DNA of 64,000 bases from an uncultured delta proteobacterium (GTDB lineage Bacteria > Desulfobacterota > Binatia > Bin18), in the NCBI GenBank assembly GCA_963733195.1, contig CAVTCR010000073.1, forward strand, positions 32,001 to 96,000. Direction: 5' to 3'. Position numbers and translations under genes: made by a program. Shown in pieces: positions 19,068-28,190 of this stretch. Position 1 is the stretch's first letter, and every line of letters begins with the position of its first letter. Below the pieces are notes generated by a model, which ran no database searches, was not told the origin of the DNA, and saw nothing but the letters and a program-made list of their open reading frames with translations.

Positions 19068-19910
19068 CTAGACGAGCCCCGAGCGATACGTCGGATATAC
19101 AGGCGACCATGCCAAAGCATCTTTGATTCGCTGATTACTGGCCGCGAATGAAGGCAAGAATTCGGAGCCACCAGGAGTTGGTACTGGGCCGCCAACCAGT
19201 GTGGCTAGAGTAGAGAGAAAGTCCCGGTAGGTGACTGGTAGGTCGTCAACAACATGATAGAGGCTGCGAGGAGGCGCTTTCTCGGTTGCCAACACGGTAG
19301 CTGTTGCCATATCGACTTGATGAATGAGCGAGAGTCGGCTATCGCCAGTACCGGGAAGTTGGAGTGACCCCTGTCGAGCTGTCACTCTCCAGGCGTCTTC
19401 AAAGGTATTGGGGCCGTAGAAGAATCCTCCGCGCAGGATGCACCATTCAAGAGAAGAAGCTTGAACTAATGCTTCCATGTCGAGCGTGGATTGTAGAAAT
19501 GGATTCGGTTGGAGCGGCGTTGATTCATCAGCAAGTGTTGTTCCCGTGTCCCCACAGAGAAACGCTGTACTTTGTTGAACGTACCGGCGAACACCAGCCT
19601 GCTGACACGCCGCAAGCAGATGCTGGGTGCCTTCGCGACGGATACGATCGTTTAATCCCCAGTCCTGTGCGCCTCCAGGTTTCGGGATCGCCGTGGCGAG
19701 ATGCAACGCCGCATCACAGCTAGCCACGGAGGCAGCGACACTCACCGCATCGAGAATATCACCAAGTCGCGCATCGACTCCCAACTGCTGAAATGTAGTA
19801 GCTTGTGTGGGTTGCCGCACAACGACGCGCACTTGGTGTCCACGTTCGACGAGGCGTGGAACGACATGTCTACCGAGGACTCCAGTTGCACCAAAAATAA
19901 CAACTCGCAT
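19068..19910 (-). CDS. NAD-dependent epimerase/dehydratase (extended SDR)
   Basis: GATGVLG Rossmann motif, HLAT, LRGGFFYGP. Confidence 0.85.
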   Translation of the reverse strand: MRVVIFGATGVLGRHVVPRLVERGHQVRVVVRQPTQATTFQQLGVDARLGDILDAVSVAASVASCDAALHLATAIPKPGGAQDWGLNDRIRREGTQHLLAACQQAGVRRYVQQSTAFLCGDTGTTLADESTPLQPNPFLQSTLDMEALVQASSLEWCILRGGFFYGPNTFEDAWRVTARQGSLQLPGTGDSRLSLIHQVDMATATVLATEKAPPRSLYHVVDDLPVTYRDFLSTLATLVGGPVPTPGGSEFLPSFAASNQRIKDALAWSPVYPTYRSGLV

Positions 19911-19934
19911 ATTGCTCTTTCCGCTTCATTATGA

Positions 19935-20834
19935 CTACTGCTTCTCCAGTGCTATCTCTCGTCGTAACAGTTCGGGAACGGTTTCGTCGCTGACCTCCAA
20001 GCCAGTGGCGAACTGGAGTTCGTTCATCGTCTTTTCGGTTTGGACCATACTGGTGACGACTTGGTCGACTTGACCGGAGATGAAATCGGGTTCTTGGCGA
20101 TTAATAGCTAACTCACTTAGAGATTGAATCTTGTTTTCGAGTCGGTCGATTTCTAAACGCACGATTTCCCGATTGTCGCGGGCTTTTTGTAGATTCGCCA
20201 AACGCGCTTTGCTCGTTGCCAAATGATCTTCGAGGGTTTTACGAATTTTCTGTTGCTGTGGGTCCTCGCTGTTGCTTGGGACACCATTAAGTTGCACTTC
20301 TAATCGGGTAATGTCTTTCTGAATCTGGTCGTCGCTTGTGCGCATGAGAAAGCGATCAAGCGCATATTGCGAAAACAGCAAACGCAAATAGATCCATAAC
20401 AAACGATCGAGTCCAGCGAATTGCATCTCTTCCAGTGGATTATCGGTTTGCAGGGTCGGGGTAGCACCAGGCGATTTCACCAGCGTCGGGTCCTTGATCT
20501 CCATCGCGATCTGTCGCAACTCCAGACAACGTCGGCGCAGTGTTTCAAACCGTTGACGCATGTTGTCTGGCAAGGCGTTCATAAGTCGCTGAAGCGTCTG
20601 ATCCGCGCTCACTGCTCCCTGCTCACGAGTGGCCTTGGCTGCTTGTGCATCAACGTAGCGCTGGAACTTCGAGTTGGCACCGAGCAATCCGACATACGTT
20701 AGCTCTCCCGCGAGCACGAGGGGAATGAAAACGTCCGGTGCTCCACTCAGCCAGGCAAAACCCAGCGAGCCAAAGAGCGCGAGCAGGTTCCAGCGATTTT
20801 TGAAAGCTGCTTTAAGATACCGACCGAATCCCAC
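19935..20834 (-). CDS. Two-TM membrane-anchored coiled-coil hypothetical protein
   Basis: N-terminal hydrophobic hairpin followed by long Leu/Gln/Glu heptad helices; 22 bp after the ABC ATPase. Confidence 0.75.
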   Translation of the reverse strand: MGFGRYLKAAFKNRWNLLALFGSLGFAWLSGAPDVFIPLVLAGELTYVGLLGANSKFQRYVDAQAAKATREQGAVSADQTLQRLMNALPDNMRQRFETLRRRCLELRQIAMEIKDPTLVKSPGATPTLQTDNPLEEMQFAGLDRLLWIYLRLLFSQYALDRFLMRTSDDQIQKDITRLEVQLNGVPSNSEDPQQQKIRKTLEDHLATSKARLANLQKARDNREIVRLEIDRLENKIQSLSELAINRQEPDFISGQVDQVVTSMVQTEKTMNELQFATGLEVSDETVPELLRREIALEKQ

Positions 20835-20856
20835 AACATACTCCGTATGCGAGCGA

Positions 20857-21777
20857 CTATGTCGCTGCTCGACGACTCTCTTCTAACTGACTGATCAGGT
20901 CACGGAGGTGATATACCGTCTCCTGAAACTTAGGATCACGCTGCATCTCCTTCGATGGTCGATCAGAAGGCTGAATTGTCAGTTCCTGGAGAATCGTTCC
21001 TGGCGAATTGCTCATGACATACGCGCGATCGCCAAGAAAGACTGCTTCCTCAATCGAATGGGTAATAAAGAACACCGTGGCTTGTACATCGTGCCACAAG
21101 GCAAGTAACAAGTCCTGCATGTTCATGCGGGTTTGTGGGTCAAGCGCGCCAAACGGTTCATCCATGAGAATAATCCGCGGTCGTAGAATCAACGTTCGGG
21201 CAATTGCCACACGTTGACGCATGCCACCCGAGAGTTCGTGTGGGTACTTATTGTGATCGGTGTTGACGTTGAGCCCCACCCGTTGAATCCATTCTTTCCC
21301 AAGCTCTTCGCGCTGTTTACGAGGGAGACCTTGGCATTCCAAACCAAAAGTGACGTTTTCAAGGACGGTGCGATGATCGAAGCTGGTATAATCTTGAAAG
21401 ACCATGCCACGATCAGCGCCTGGTCCTATGACCGGCTGTTCCTGAACCAGCACGTCACCAATGGTCGCGGGATGCTGTGGCTCTAGTCCGGCGATGAGAC
21501 GTAGGATAGTGCTCTTGCCGCAGCCGCTGGGTCCGAGAATGCAGATAAATTCACCTTTCTCGTGGAAGTCTTCGACGACGAATGAGACATTCTTGATAGC
21601 TGTGAACGCATTCGGTTGGTCGATATTGTAGATCTTGGTCACGCCACGAAACTCGACGATGGTCGGTCGTGCGATTTCTGCCGGGGTGCGGACATGCTCC
21701 AATACCTGCCCTACACCAACTGGCTGAGCTGGAGGGGATGCGGTTTGAGGAGCCGGTGCAGTTTCGCTCTGACTCAT
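20857..21777 (-). CDS. ABC transporter ATP-binding protein, NitT/TauT family
   Basis: GPSGCGKS, LSGGMRQRVAIAR, ILMDEPFGALD, ITH. Confidence 0.95.
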   Translation of the reverse strand: MSQSETAPAPQTASPPAQPVGVGQVLEHVRTPAEIARPTIVEFRGVTKIYNIDQPNAFTAIKNVSFVVEDFHEKGEFICILGPSGCGKSTILRLIAGLEPQHPATIGDVLVQEQPVIGPGADRGMVFQDYTSFDHRTVLENVTFGLECQGLPRKQREELGKEWIQRVGLNVNTDHNKYPHELSGGMRQRVAIARTLILRPRIILMDEPFGALDPQTRMNMQDLLLALWHDVQATVFFITHSIEEAVFLGDRAYVMSNSPGTILQELTIQPSDRPSKEMQRDPKFQETVYHLRDLISQLEESRRAAT

Positions 21778-22731
21778 GACTTTGCTACCGGAGGATTGGT
21801 TGGCTGTGATGTTACCGAAACAGGCGCCGGGTGCCTACGAAAGGCCGCAGTAATGTCTTCCCAGGTATGAAGTACATTCCGAAGCATTCGGTTCAGTACC
21901 CCAGTGCCACCATAGCGATGGGGAAACAATTCCTTTTGTATCCAGAACAACAGCCGGTCGATGAGCAGAGCGACGATCGGAATGATAATGAGTATTAACA
22001 GAATGTGTTCACGTGGACCCCGACGCATCGAGAGATTAATAAGATGTCCCAGGCCTCCCGTGTCGCCAATCGTCACTAACTCGCCCAACATGATGTAACC
22101 GAAAGCGAGGCCGAACAACAAACGGAGCGAGTTGAAAACACTCGGCATGGCTAACGGCACTAACACCTTCAAAACAGTCTGCCAACGACTGGCACCGAGC
22201 GTGTAGGCAGTATCGATGTACTGGTTACTCACGTCCATGATTGCACGCGCTGTGTCAGAAAAGACAAAGGCGACGCAGGCAATAAAAATGAACATCACTT
22301 TCTGAAATTCGCCAATACCGAACAGTGAGAAGGTGAGAGGGATTAATGCCGCAACTGGAATGTTACGCCCGAAGACAGACAAGGGGGCGAAAAAGGCGTT
22401 GATACGCGAGAAGCAGCCGCATAGCACGCCCAGCGGAACACCAATGAGAGCGGCAAGTCCAAATCCCAGTAGTACGCGCCACAGTGTCGCCAGGAGGTTG
22501 CGCGTCAGCGCGCGATCGAACCAGAGAGCTGGAGAATGATGCTAATGTTTCTCCCGGACTGGGCAAGACTGCGTAACTCAAAATTCGTTCTTCCGACTCA
22601 CCTCGGGTGACAAACCACCAAATGCCAATGCACAAAGTGAGGCATATCGCTCCAAACAGCCACGCTTGCCACTGGGGGGCTTCTTTGCGTAGAGCGAACA
22701 AGGAAAAAGAGGAGAGCGGGTCGGTTTTCAT
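21774..22731 (-). CDS. ABC transporter permease, NitT/TauT family (frameshift near 22530)
   Basis: LPSPGET in the first frame continues as LWFDRALTRNLLATLWRV...; EAA-like YIDTAYTLGAS. Confidence 0.85.
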
Positions 22732-22794
22732 CGCGTTTCAACGGCTCACGATATAGAGATCCCGTCTGAAATGTTTAGCGGGCTCAGGATTTTT

Positions 22795-22823
22795 GTAGAG
22801 ACGCCCCGGCGAGGCGTCTCTAC
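22795..22823. repeat. GTAG-type REP palindrome
   Basis: GTAGAGACGCC...GGCGTCTCTAC. Confidence 0.75.
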
Positions 22824-22844
22824 CCCATTCATAAACAGGCTGTT

Positions 22845-24625
22845 TTATTGTTTCTCCGCCGAAAAAATCCGCACCTCTACGCGGCGGTTTTTAGCGTGGT
22901 TCTCTGCATCGTTGCGGTCGATAGGCCGGTCCCAGCCCACACCATCAACCGCAAATTGGTTGGGATTTAACTTGAACTTGCGTACCAGCGCTTCTTTGAC
23001 GGCGTTGGCACGATTCATCGACAATTCTTTTACCACCGACGCAGGAACCTGGCCTTTCATTGAACTATCGGTATGGCCTTCGATAATGATCCGTGCCGCC
23101 CCGAATTGTCCGACTAATCGTCCGACTTCTTCCAGCACAAAATCCACCCGAGGGTCGTAGAGTTCTTCGACTTTCTTGCCATCTACTTCTTTGGTGACCT
23201 TCTTCAACAAATCCCAACTATTGGGATAGAAATGAATGATGATCGTGTTGGTCAGAATTTCATCTGATTCCCCACGAATATCACTCACCGTCGCTGGCGC
23301 GAGTTTGATCTGGTACTCATCTTTTTGTGCGGCATACTTCGGCTCTTTGCCCAGTTTATCGATAATTGAGAAATCCATCACCTGATCAAACGGTACAGGC
23401 TGGTGGGTGATCGCTCTAATACGTCGATACAGATAGTACGCCTGATTCCAAATCCTCTCAAAGTTGGTCGGGTTGTTTTGGTTCAGAAAGAACTGATGAT
23501 TCTCTCCCCAGTTGGTATTGTGCGCATCTCCGAGCATACTCAGCGCTTCGGTTGCTGGGATGTTGTACCCCTGCGCCATCAATTCCGCTAACCGCTTCTT
23601 TGCATCCTCGCTCTTCAAATCCTGCATGGCGTCGAAAATGCCGCGCACGAGCCCCTCAATAATGCCAGGATTATCTTTGGCGAAGTCTGCGCGTGCAAAC
23701 CATACATCGGCAATCAGTTTGTTGGCAGTAGAGGTGTTGACCAACATTCGGTTGCCACGAATCTTTTCCAGATTGTAAATATCGGGTGCCCACGAGACCA
23801 CGCCAGCCAGATCTTTCTGCGCGTTAAAGGCAGCCGCAGCCTGGAAAGCATCCTCGGTAAAGACCATCTGTACTTCGGCTGGCTGGACACCGCCCGAGAC
23901 ACAGCATGTTCAACGCGAAGTAATGTGAGGGTGAATTTTGTGCGAGCACTAACTTTTTCCCGCGGAGGTCGGCAACCGTTTTGATGTTTTCACGAACGAC
24001 AATCCCGTCACCGCCGCTAGACCAGTCGATTTGCTGATAAATGCGGGGCATGACACGACTGTCGCGTGGCTTACCAGTTGAATCGACAAAGCCTTCCATG
24101 AACAATGGGACCATATCGAGTGTGGCCCAACCGATGTGGACCTCACCAACGGCGTAGGCGTCTCGCATTGCCACCGGATTATCGATCAGGACGAGTTCGA
24201 CTTTGAAGTCTTTCCCATCGGGTGTTTTCCACACCTTGCCTGACTTAAAGCCGTTGTTGGCGAGAATGATTGGACCCCAACCGGCCCACACATTCAGGGC
24301 GAAGCGTACGGTGTTATCGGCGAGCGGCTTGTACCCGGCAGTCCCTTTTACTTCAGGCAAACGTTCGCTGGGTCGGAAACTATACTCTTTGACGGTGGTG
24401 ACGCTAGCCGAATCTGCAGCCTCTGGGCCTGCATCAGCAGGAGACGAAGGCATAGGAGTGACACCAGGAGTGACGGTTGGGGTTGTCAGTTCCTAGATCG
24501 GCAGGTTGATTTTCTTGCGTTCCTTTCGGCGCCAGTAGGTCACTCCGGTTCATAGCGAAATACACCAAGCCGCCGACGACCAATAAGAGGGCAATATAAA
24601 ACGGTGCTTTTGGTCCCCCACCCAT
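22845..24625 (-). CDS. Membrane-anchored NMT1/THI5-like substrate-binding protein fused to a C-terminal OmpA-like domain (frameshifts near 24485 and 23903)
   Basis: N-terminal TM; WAGWGP, TLD, DWSSGGDGIV, DLRGK; C-terminal IEGHTDS, LSMNRANAV, GVGWDRP, KNRRVEV. Confidence 0.85.
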
Positions 24626-24668
24626 ATGTGTTGTCTCCCGTCAGATATTTGGTTGTGTTTTCGTTATC

Positions 24669-24695
24669 GTAGGGGCGTATAGCTATACGCCCCTA
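24669..24695. repeat. GTAG-type REP palindrome
   Basis: GTAGGGGCGTATAGCTATACGCCCCTA. Confidence 0.75.
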
Positions 24696-24699
24696 TACG

Positions 24700-25248
24700 T
24701 TATCCATGGAAAGTAGTTTTCGGTCGTGCTTGCTCCATCGCATATAACATCTGCATGATGGCATACGCTGTCAACTCGCACAGCAGTTGTGTGACCTTTG
24801 CGTGCAATGCATCGTCGAGTTGCGGGTCGATCTCTTTCAGTAGTTTGACGACCAGTTTTTCTTGACTTTGTATCTCAGCTTCGTCAACCCGACCATCCGC
24901 CATTGTCGAAATAAACGATTCGAGCTGGCGTGCATGGTCATCAATCAGCGGGGTTTGCGTCAATTCGTCAACCCAGCTTGGGCGGTTAGGCGAGACGGTA
25001 GGTTTCTGGACGGGCTTTCTTGCCGGTACAGCTTTACGGGTGAGAACCTTTGGTTTTACGAGTTTACGTGTGGCGGGTTTCTTGACTGCTTTCTTCATGG
25101 CGACTTTTTTTGCGACAGATTTCTTCACCAGTTTTTTCACGACCTTCTTCTTTGCCGCGAGTTTTTTTGCTGCTGCTTTTTTCTTCGTCGCTGTGGCTTT
25201 TTTCACGGGACGGGGAGATGTTCGCGTTTTTACTTTTTTTGCTGCCAT
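24700..25248 (-). CDS. Protein with a Lys/Ala-rich histone-H1-like N-terminus and an acidic helical C-terminal domain
   Basis: KKATATKKKAAAKKLAAKKKVVKK tract, then TMADGRVDEAEI-containing domain; RBS AAGGAG. Confidence 0.75.
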   Translation of the reverse strand: MAAKKVKTRTSPRPVKKATATKKKAAAKKLAAKKKVVKKLVKKSVAKKVAMKKAVKKPATRKLVKPKVLTRKAVPARKPVQKPTVSPNRPSWVDELTQTPLIDDHARQLESFISTMADGRVDEAEIQSQEKLVVKLLKEIDPQLDDALHAKVTQLLCELTAYAIMQMLYAMEQARPKTTFHG

Positions 25249-25272
25249 GCCCTCTCCTTATCGTGGGACGTT

Positions 25273-27084
25273 TCACTGCTCGTTCAGTAACTGACGGATA
25301 GCGACGAAGCGTTCCTGTATCTGAGTGCGACCACCAGGTTGTGCGACCTTGGCACGGAGGTCAGGTGGAAGGAAATTGAGTTGGGTGCATTCGAGCACCG
25401 CCGCGAGTTCTTGTAATTCTTTCTCTAACCCTTGTGCCGACGGAATGAAATCGCGCACCGCTTCTTCGAGGTCTGCTTTTTGCAATTCGGTGCGCCCAGC
25501 CGCGAGGACGTGTCGTTTCGCACCCAAGACGATACTCTCAATATCTGCACCGCTGAGGTGGCGGTCGGCGCTGACCGCAGGAATGTCCTCTGGTGCGAGT
25601 TTGATTTTATTTTTGCGTGCCATGACTGCAAACATCTCACGGATTTCTGCATCATCATGCGGATAGAACATGGGAATATGCACTTCGGCTCGCCCTTGCC
25701 GCTTGATGTCAATCGGTAAGAGGTCAGGCCGAGAGGTGAGCAGCATCCAGACAATCTTGCCGCGATAACGGGTGTCGCCCATCTGGCTGGCGATCATGGA
25801 GAACACGCGACTCGAGGTGCCAGAATCGCCCTCGCTTTGGCGATTGCCAAGCGCAGCATCAGCTTCATCAATTAGGACAACCACTGGACCAAGAGAACGA
25901 AGGACGGTGAGGACTTGCTCGAGATTGCCTTCGGTTTCACCTACGTATTTCGAGCGGAAGTTGCGCAGTTTGACACAGGGAATACCAATCGACCCAGCGT
26001 AGCATTCTGCCAGGAACGACTTACCTGTACCCACCGGACCGCACAACAAATACCCCATCGGAGCGGCATCCAGTTGTCCGCTGGCAATCAGCGCTGCATC
26101 CTCGCGCAAGCGATCTTTGGCTGCTTGCTGGCCGACCACTAAGTCAAGCGTGTGAAAAGGTTCAATAAATTCCAACAGGTTCTGACATTGACGTTCGATT
26201 AGTGTTTTCTTGAGTTCGCCGAACTGCCGATCATCGACGCGACGGGCCGAATGTTTAGCTTGGGAGAGGAGCACATTCAAATTGACCAAGCTAAGACCGT
26301 TCGCTCGGTCTGCGAGTTGTTCGGGAGTGAAATCGGTCAGTTGGGAAAAGTTCTGCGTACGACCGATCCACCGTGAAAACTGCTCTCGTTCCACCTTTCC
26401 CGGCAGGGGCACTTCGATGGTTGCGACATGTGGATTCTGCACTAGTCGTGAGTTGATCTCTGAAAGCTTCTCGGCGATCAGGCAAAATGCAATGTTTACT
26501 CGTTTGATGTAGGGATTCTGCGCCCAGCCGAGAAAGCGGACTAAATTGGTTCCTGGTCCACGACCTAACAGACTGAGATCTCCAGCAGGAACTAAGTGTG
26601 AAGCATACTCAAACAGGAGACCGACACTTTTCCGCTGCGCGGTGTCTGGCTCTAAGAGGTTACGTTCAAGGAAGCGATCCAATAACAAGAGGACATTTTC
26701 AGGATCGCGCGGCCAGGAGCCAGCCTCACCAAGACGAGTGGTCAGTGTCTGAGCCATCATCTGTTGACGTTTGCTATTCCCTCCAGCAAACGGGCGTAAC
26801 CCGCGTCCGAGGTCATAGTGTACGACCAGATCCCAAGCACCAAACACTTGTGTGGCAAGAAATTCACTCAGCGTAGTGTAGGTATCTTCCTCTTCTGGGG
26901 TCGTTGCCGGACAGCGAACCAGATCATGAATATTGCCGTGCAGAACAAAGACACAGGTTGTGCCAGAAAAATACAGATCCGCGAGCTCACGTGCCCAACT
27001 TGGATACCATGAAGGAAGGGCGGGAACACCGGTCGGTCTCTGAGGCGACAACGGTTCTGGAGTAGTCGTGAAAGCCACACGCAA
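25273..27084 (-). CDS. Classical-clade AAA+ ATPase with a degenerate N-terminal module
   Basis: Walker A GPVGTGKS, pore loop SKYVGETE, Walker B VLIDEAD, SRH TSRPDLLP..KRQGR, SGADI. Confidence 0.9.
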   Translation of the reverse strand: MRVAFTTTPEPLSPQRPTGVPALPSWYPSWARELADLYFSGTTCVFVLHGNIHDLVRCPATTPEEEDTYTTLSEFLATQVFGAWDLVVHYDLGRGLRPFAGGNSKRQQMMAQTLTTRLGEAGSWPRDPENVLLLLDRFLERNLLEPDTAQRKSVGLLFEYASHLVPAGDLSLLGRGPGTNLVRFLGWAQNPYIKRVNIAFCLIAEKLSEINSRLVQNPHVATIEVPLPGKVEREQFSRWIGRTQNFSQLTDFTPEQLADRANGLSLVNLNVLLSQAKHSARRVDDRQFGELKKTLIERQCQNLLEFIEPFHTLDLVVGQQAAKDRLREDAALIASGQLDAAPMGYLLCGPVGTGKSFLAECYAGSIGIPCVKLRNFRSKYVGETEGNLEQVLTVLRSLGPVVVLIDEADAALGNRQSEGDSGTSSRVFSMIASQMGDTRYRGKIVWMLLTSRPDLLPIDIKRQGRAEVHIPMFYPHDDAEIREMFAVMARKNKIKLAPEDIPAVSADRHLSGADIESIVLGAKRHVLAAGRTELQKADLEEAVRDFIPSAQGLEKELQELAAVLECTQLNFLPPDLRAKVAQPGGRTQIQERFVAIRQLLNEQ

Positions 27085-27087
27085 CCC

Positions 27088-27843
27088 CTATGAACTCTGC
27101 TTGAGCGTTTCGGCCTGTGCTGGTCCGAGTTCTTTCTGGCTTGCCGCTACGCCAGCACTCTCCGGGGTGACCATGCCCATTTGCGTTTCAAATTCACGCA
27201 AGGCTTGCTCGGCTATGTTTCTCTCCACGGCTTCTTCGCGTTTGATATCGGCCACACCTTCGCTGGAGAGATCGGCGGCGACTCGCGACTTGGCACGGTT
27301 AAGGTTGATCTTGTCATGAATGACCTGTTCAATTTGCCCGAAATCGGTTGTCACATCGAAGTTGAACGTATTTGCCAACTCCGCCATCTCAGCTTCGGCA
27401 CGACTCATCTTCAACTCAGCATCATACTTGGTGATCTTGTCGCGGATGTCAGCGAGTTTTTTCCCGGCGTGTTTAATCTTGGCGAGATTATTATTATAGG
27501 CCTCCTCATGCAGCGTGAGATTATTTTCATTTTCTGCCAGTTGGTTTTTGGCTTTTTGCAAATCGAGAGCATGTTTGGCTGCTGTCTCACGATCCCCGGC
27601 CTGCAGATAGGCTTTGATCCGTGCTTCGAGTGAAGACACTTGAGTTTTATCGTTGGCGACTCGGCGCATAACTTGTTCGACTAACGCCCGGTATTGTGCC
27701 AACCCTTCACGCCCACCTTTGAGTTCTTCGACCGCCTGATCATACTCATACTGCATCTGTGCGATCGGGTCTGAGGCCCAAAAAAAGTTGGCGAGTTTAT
27801 TGAGTTGAGCTTGGAGCGTGACCCACAATTTTTCGAAGATCAT
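27088..27843 (-). CDS. PspA/IM30 (ESCRT-III superfamily) protein, divergent, with C-terminal extension
   Basis: Amphipathic N-helix, DP at start of helix 1, AGDRETA hairpin turn, long coiled coil, 251 aa. Confidence 0.75.
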   Translation of the reverse strand: MIFEKLWVTLQAQLNKLANFFWASDPIAQMQYEYDQAVEELKGGREGLAQYRALVEQVMRRVANDKTQVSSLEARIKAYLQAGDRETAAKHALDLQKAKNQLAENENNLTLHEEAYNNNLAKIKHAGKKLADIRDKITKYDAELKMSRAEAEMAELANTFNFDVTTDFGQIEQVIHDKINLNRAKSRVAADLSSEGVADIKREEAVERNIAEQALREFETQMGMVTPESAGVAASQKELGPAQAETLKQSS

Positions 27844-28190
27844 GTTTGCCTCCCCTTCGCGGATGGGTGCTAACTGCCCGTCATCTTTATAGTGTTACTG
27901 AAGTGTAGCCGCCAGTCTAGCACAGGAAAGAGCGCCAATGTATGACCTCAGACCCTCGGCGGCGACAAAAAACAGCGAAAGAGCGATTTGTCAAGAGATG
28001 TGCCCATTTCAACTAAAATTCCTGCTCCTGTAGTCGATAACAACTAGAGACAATCTCAAGAGAATACTGATGTCGTGGAGTGAAACTAAATCGAAACACA
28101 GTAGATTCGTATACTTGATCTTTTGACAGCCTCTCCGCTCGGACGAGCAGTTCTGGTTGACCGTGTCAAGAATTTGAGGTCAGAGAATTC

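Noticed and set aside
25273-27084. Calling the ATPase vps4 or ftsH
   Set aside because: No recognisable MIT domain, TM anchor or HExxH protease motif; only the classical AAA clade is supported.
27918-27938. Sigma54 promoter upstream of the first PspA operon
   Set aside because: TGGCGC is present on the minus strand but the GG-to-GC spacing is wrong; TGCTAGACT fits an extended -10 better.
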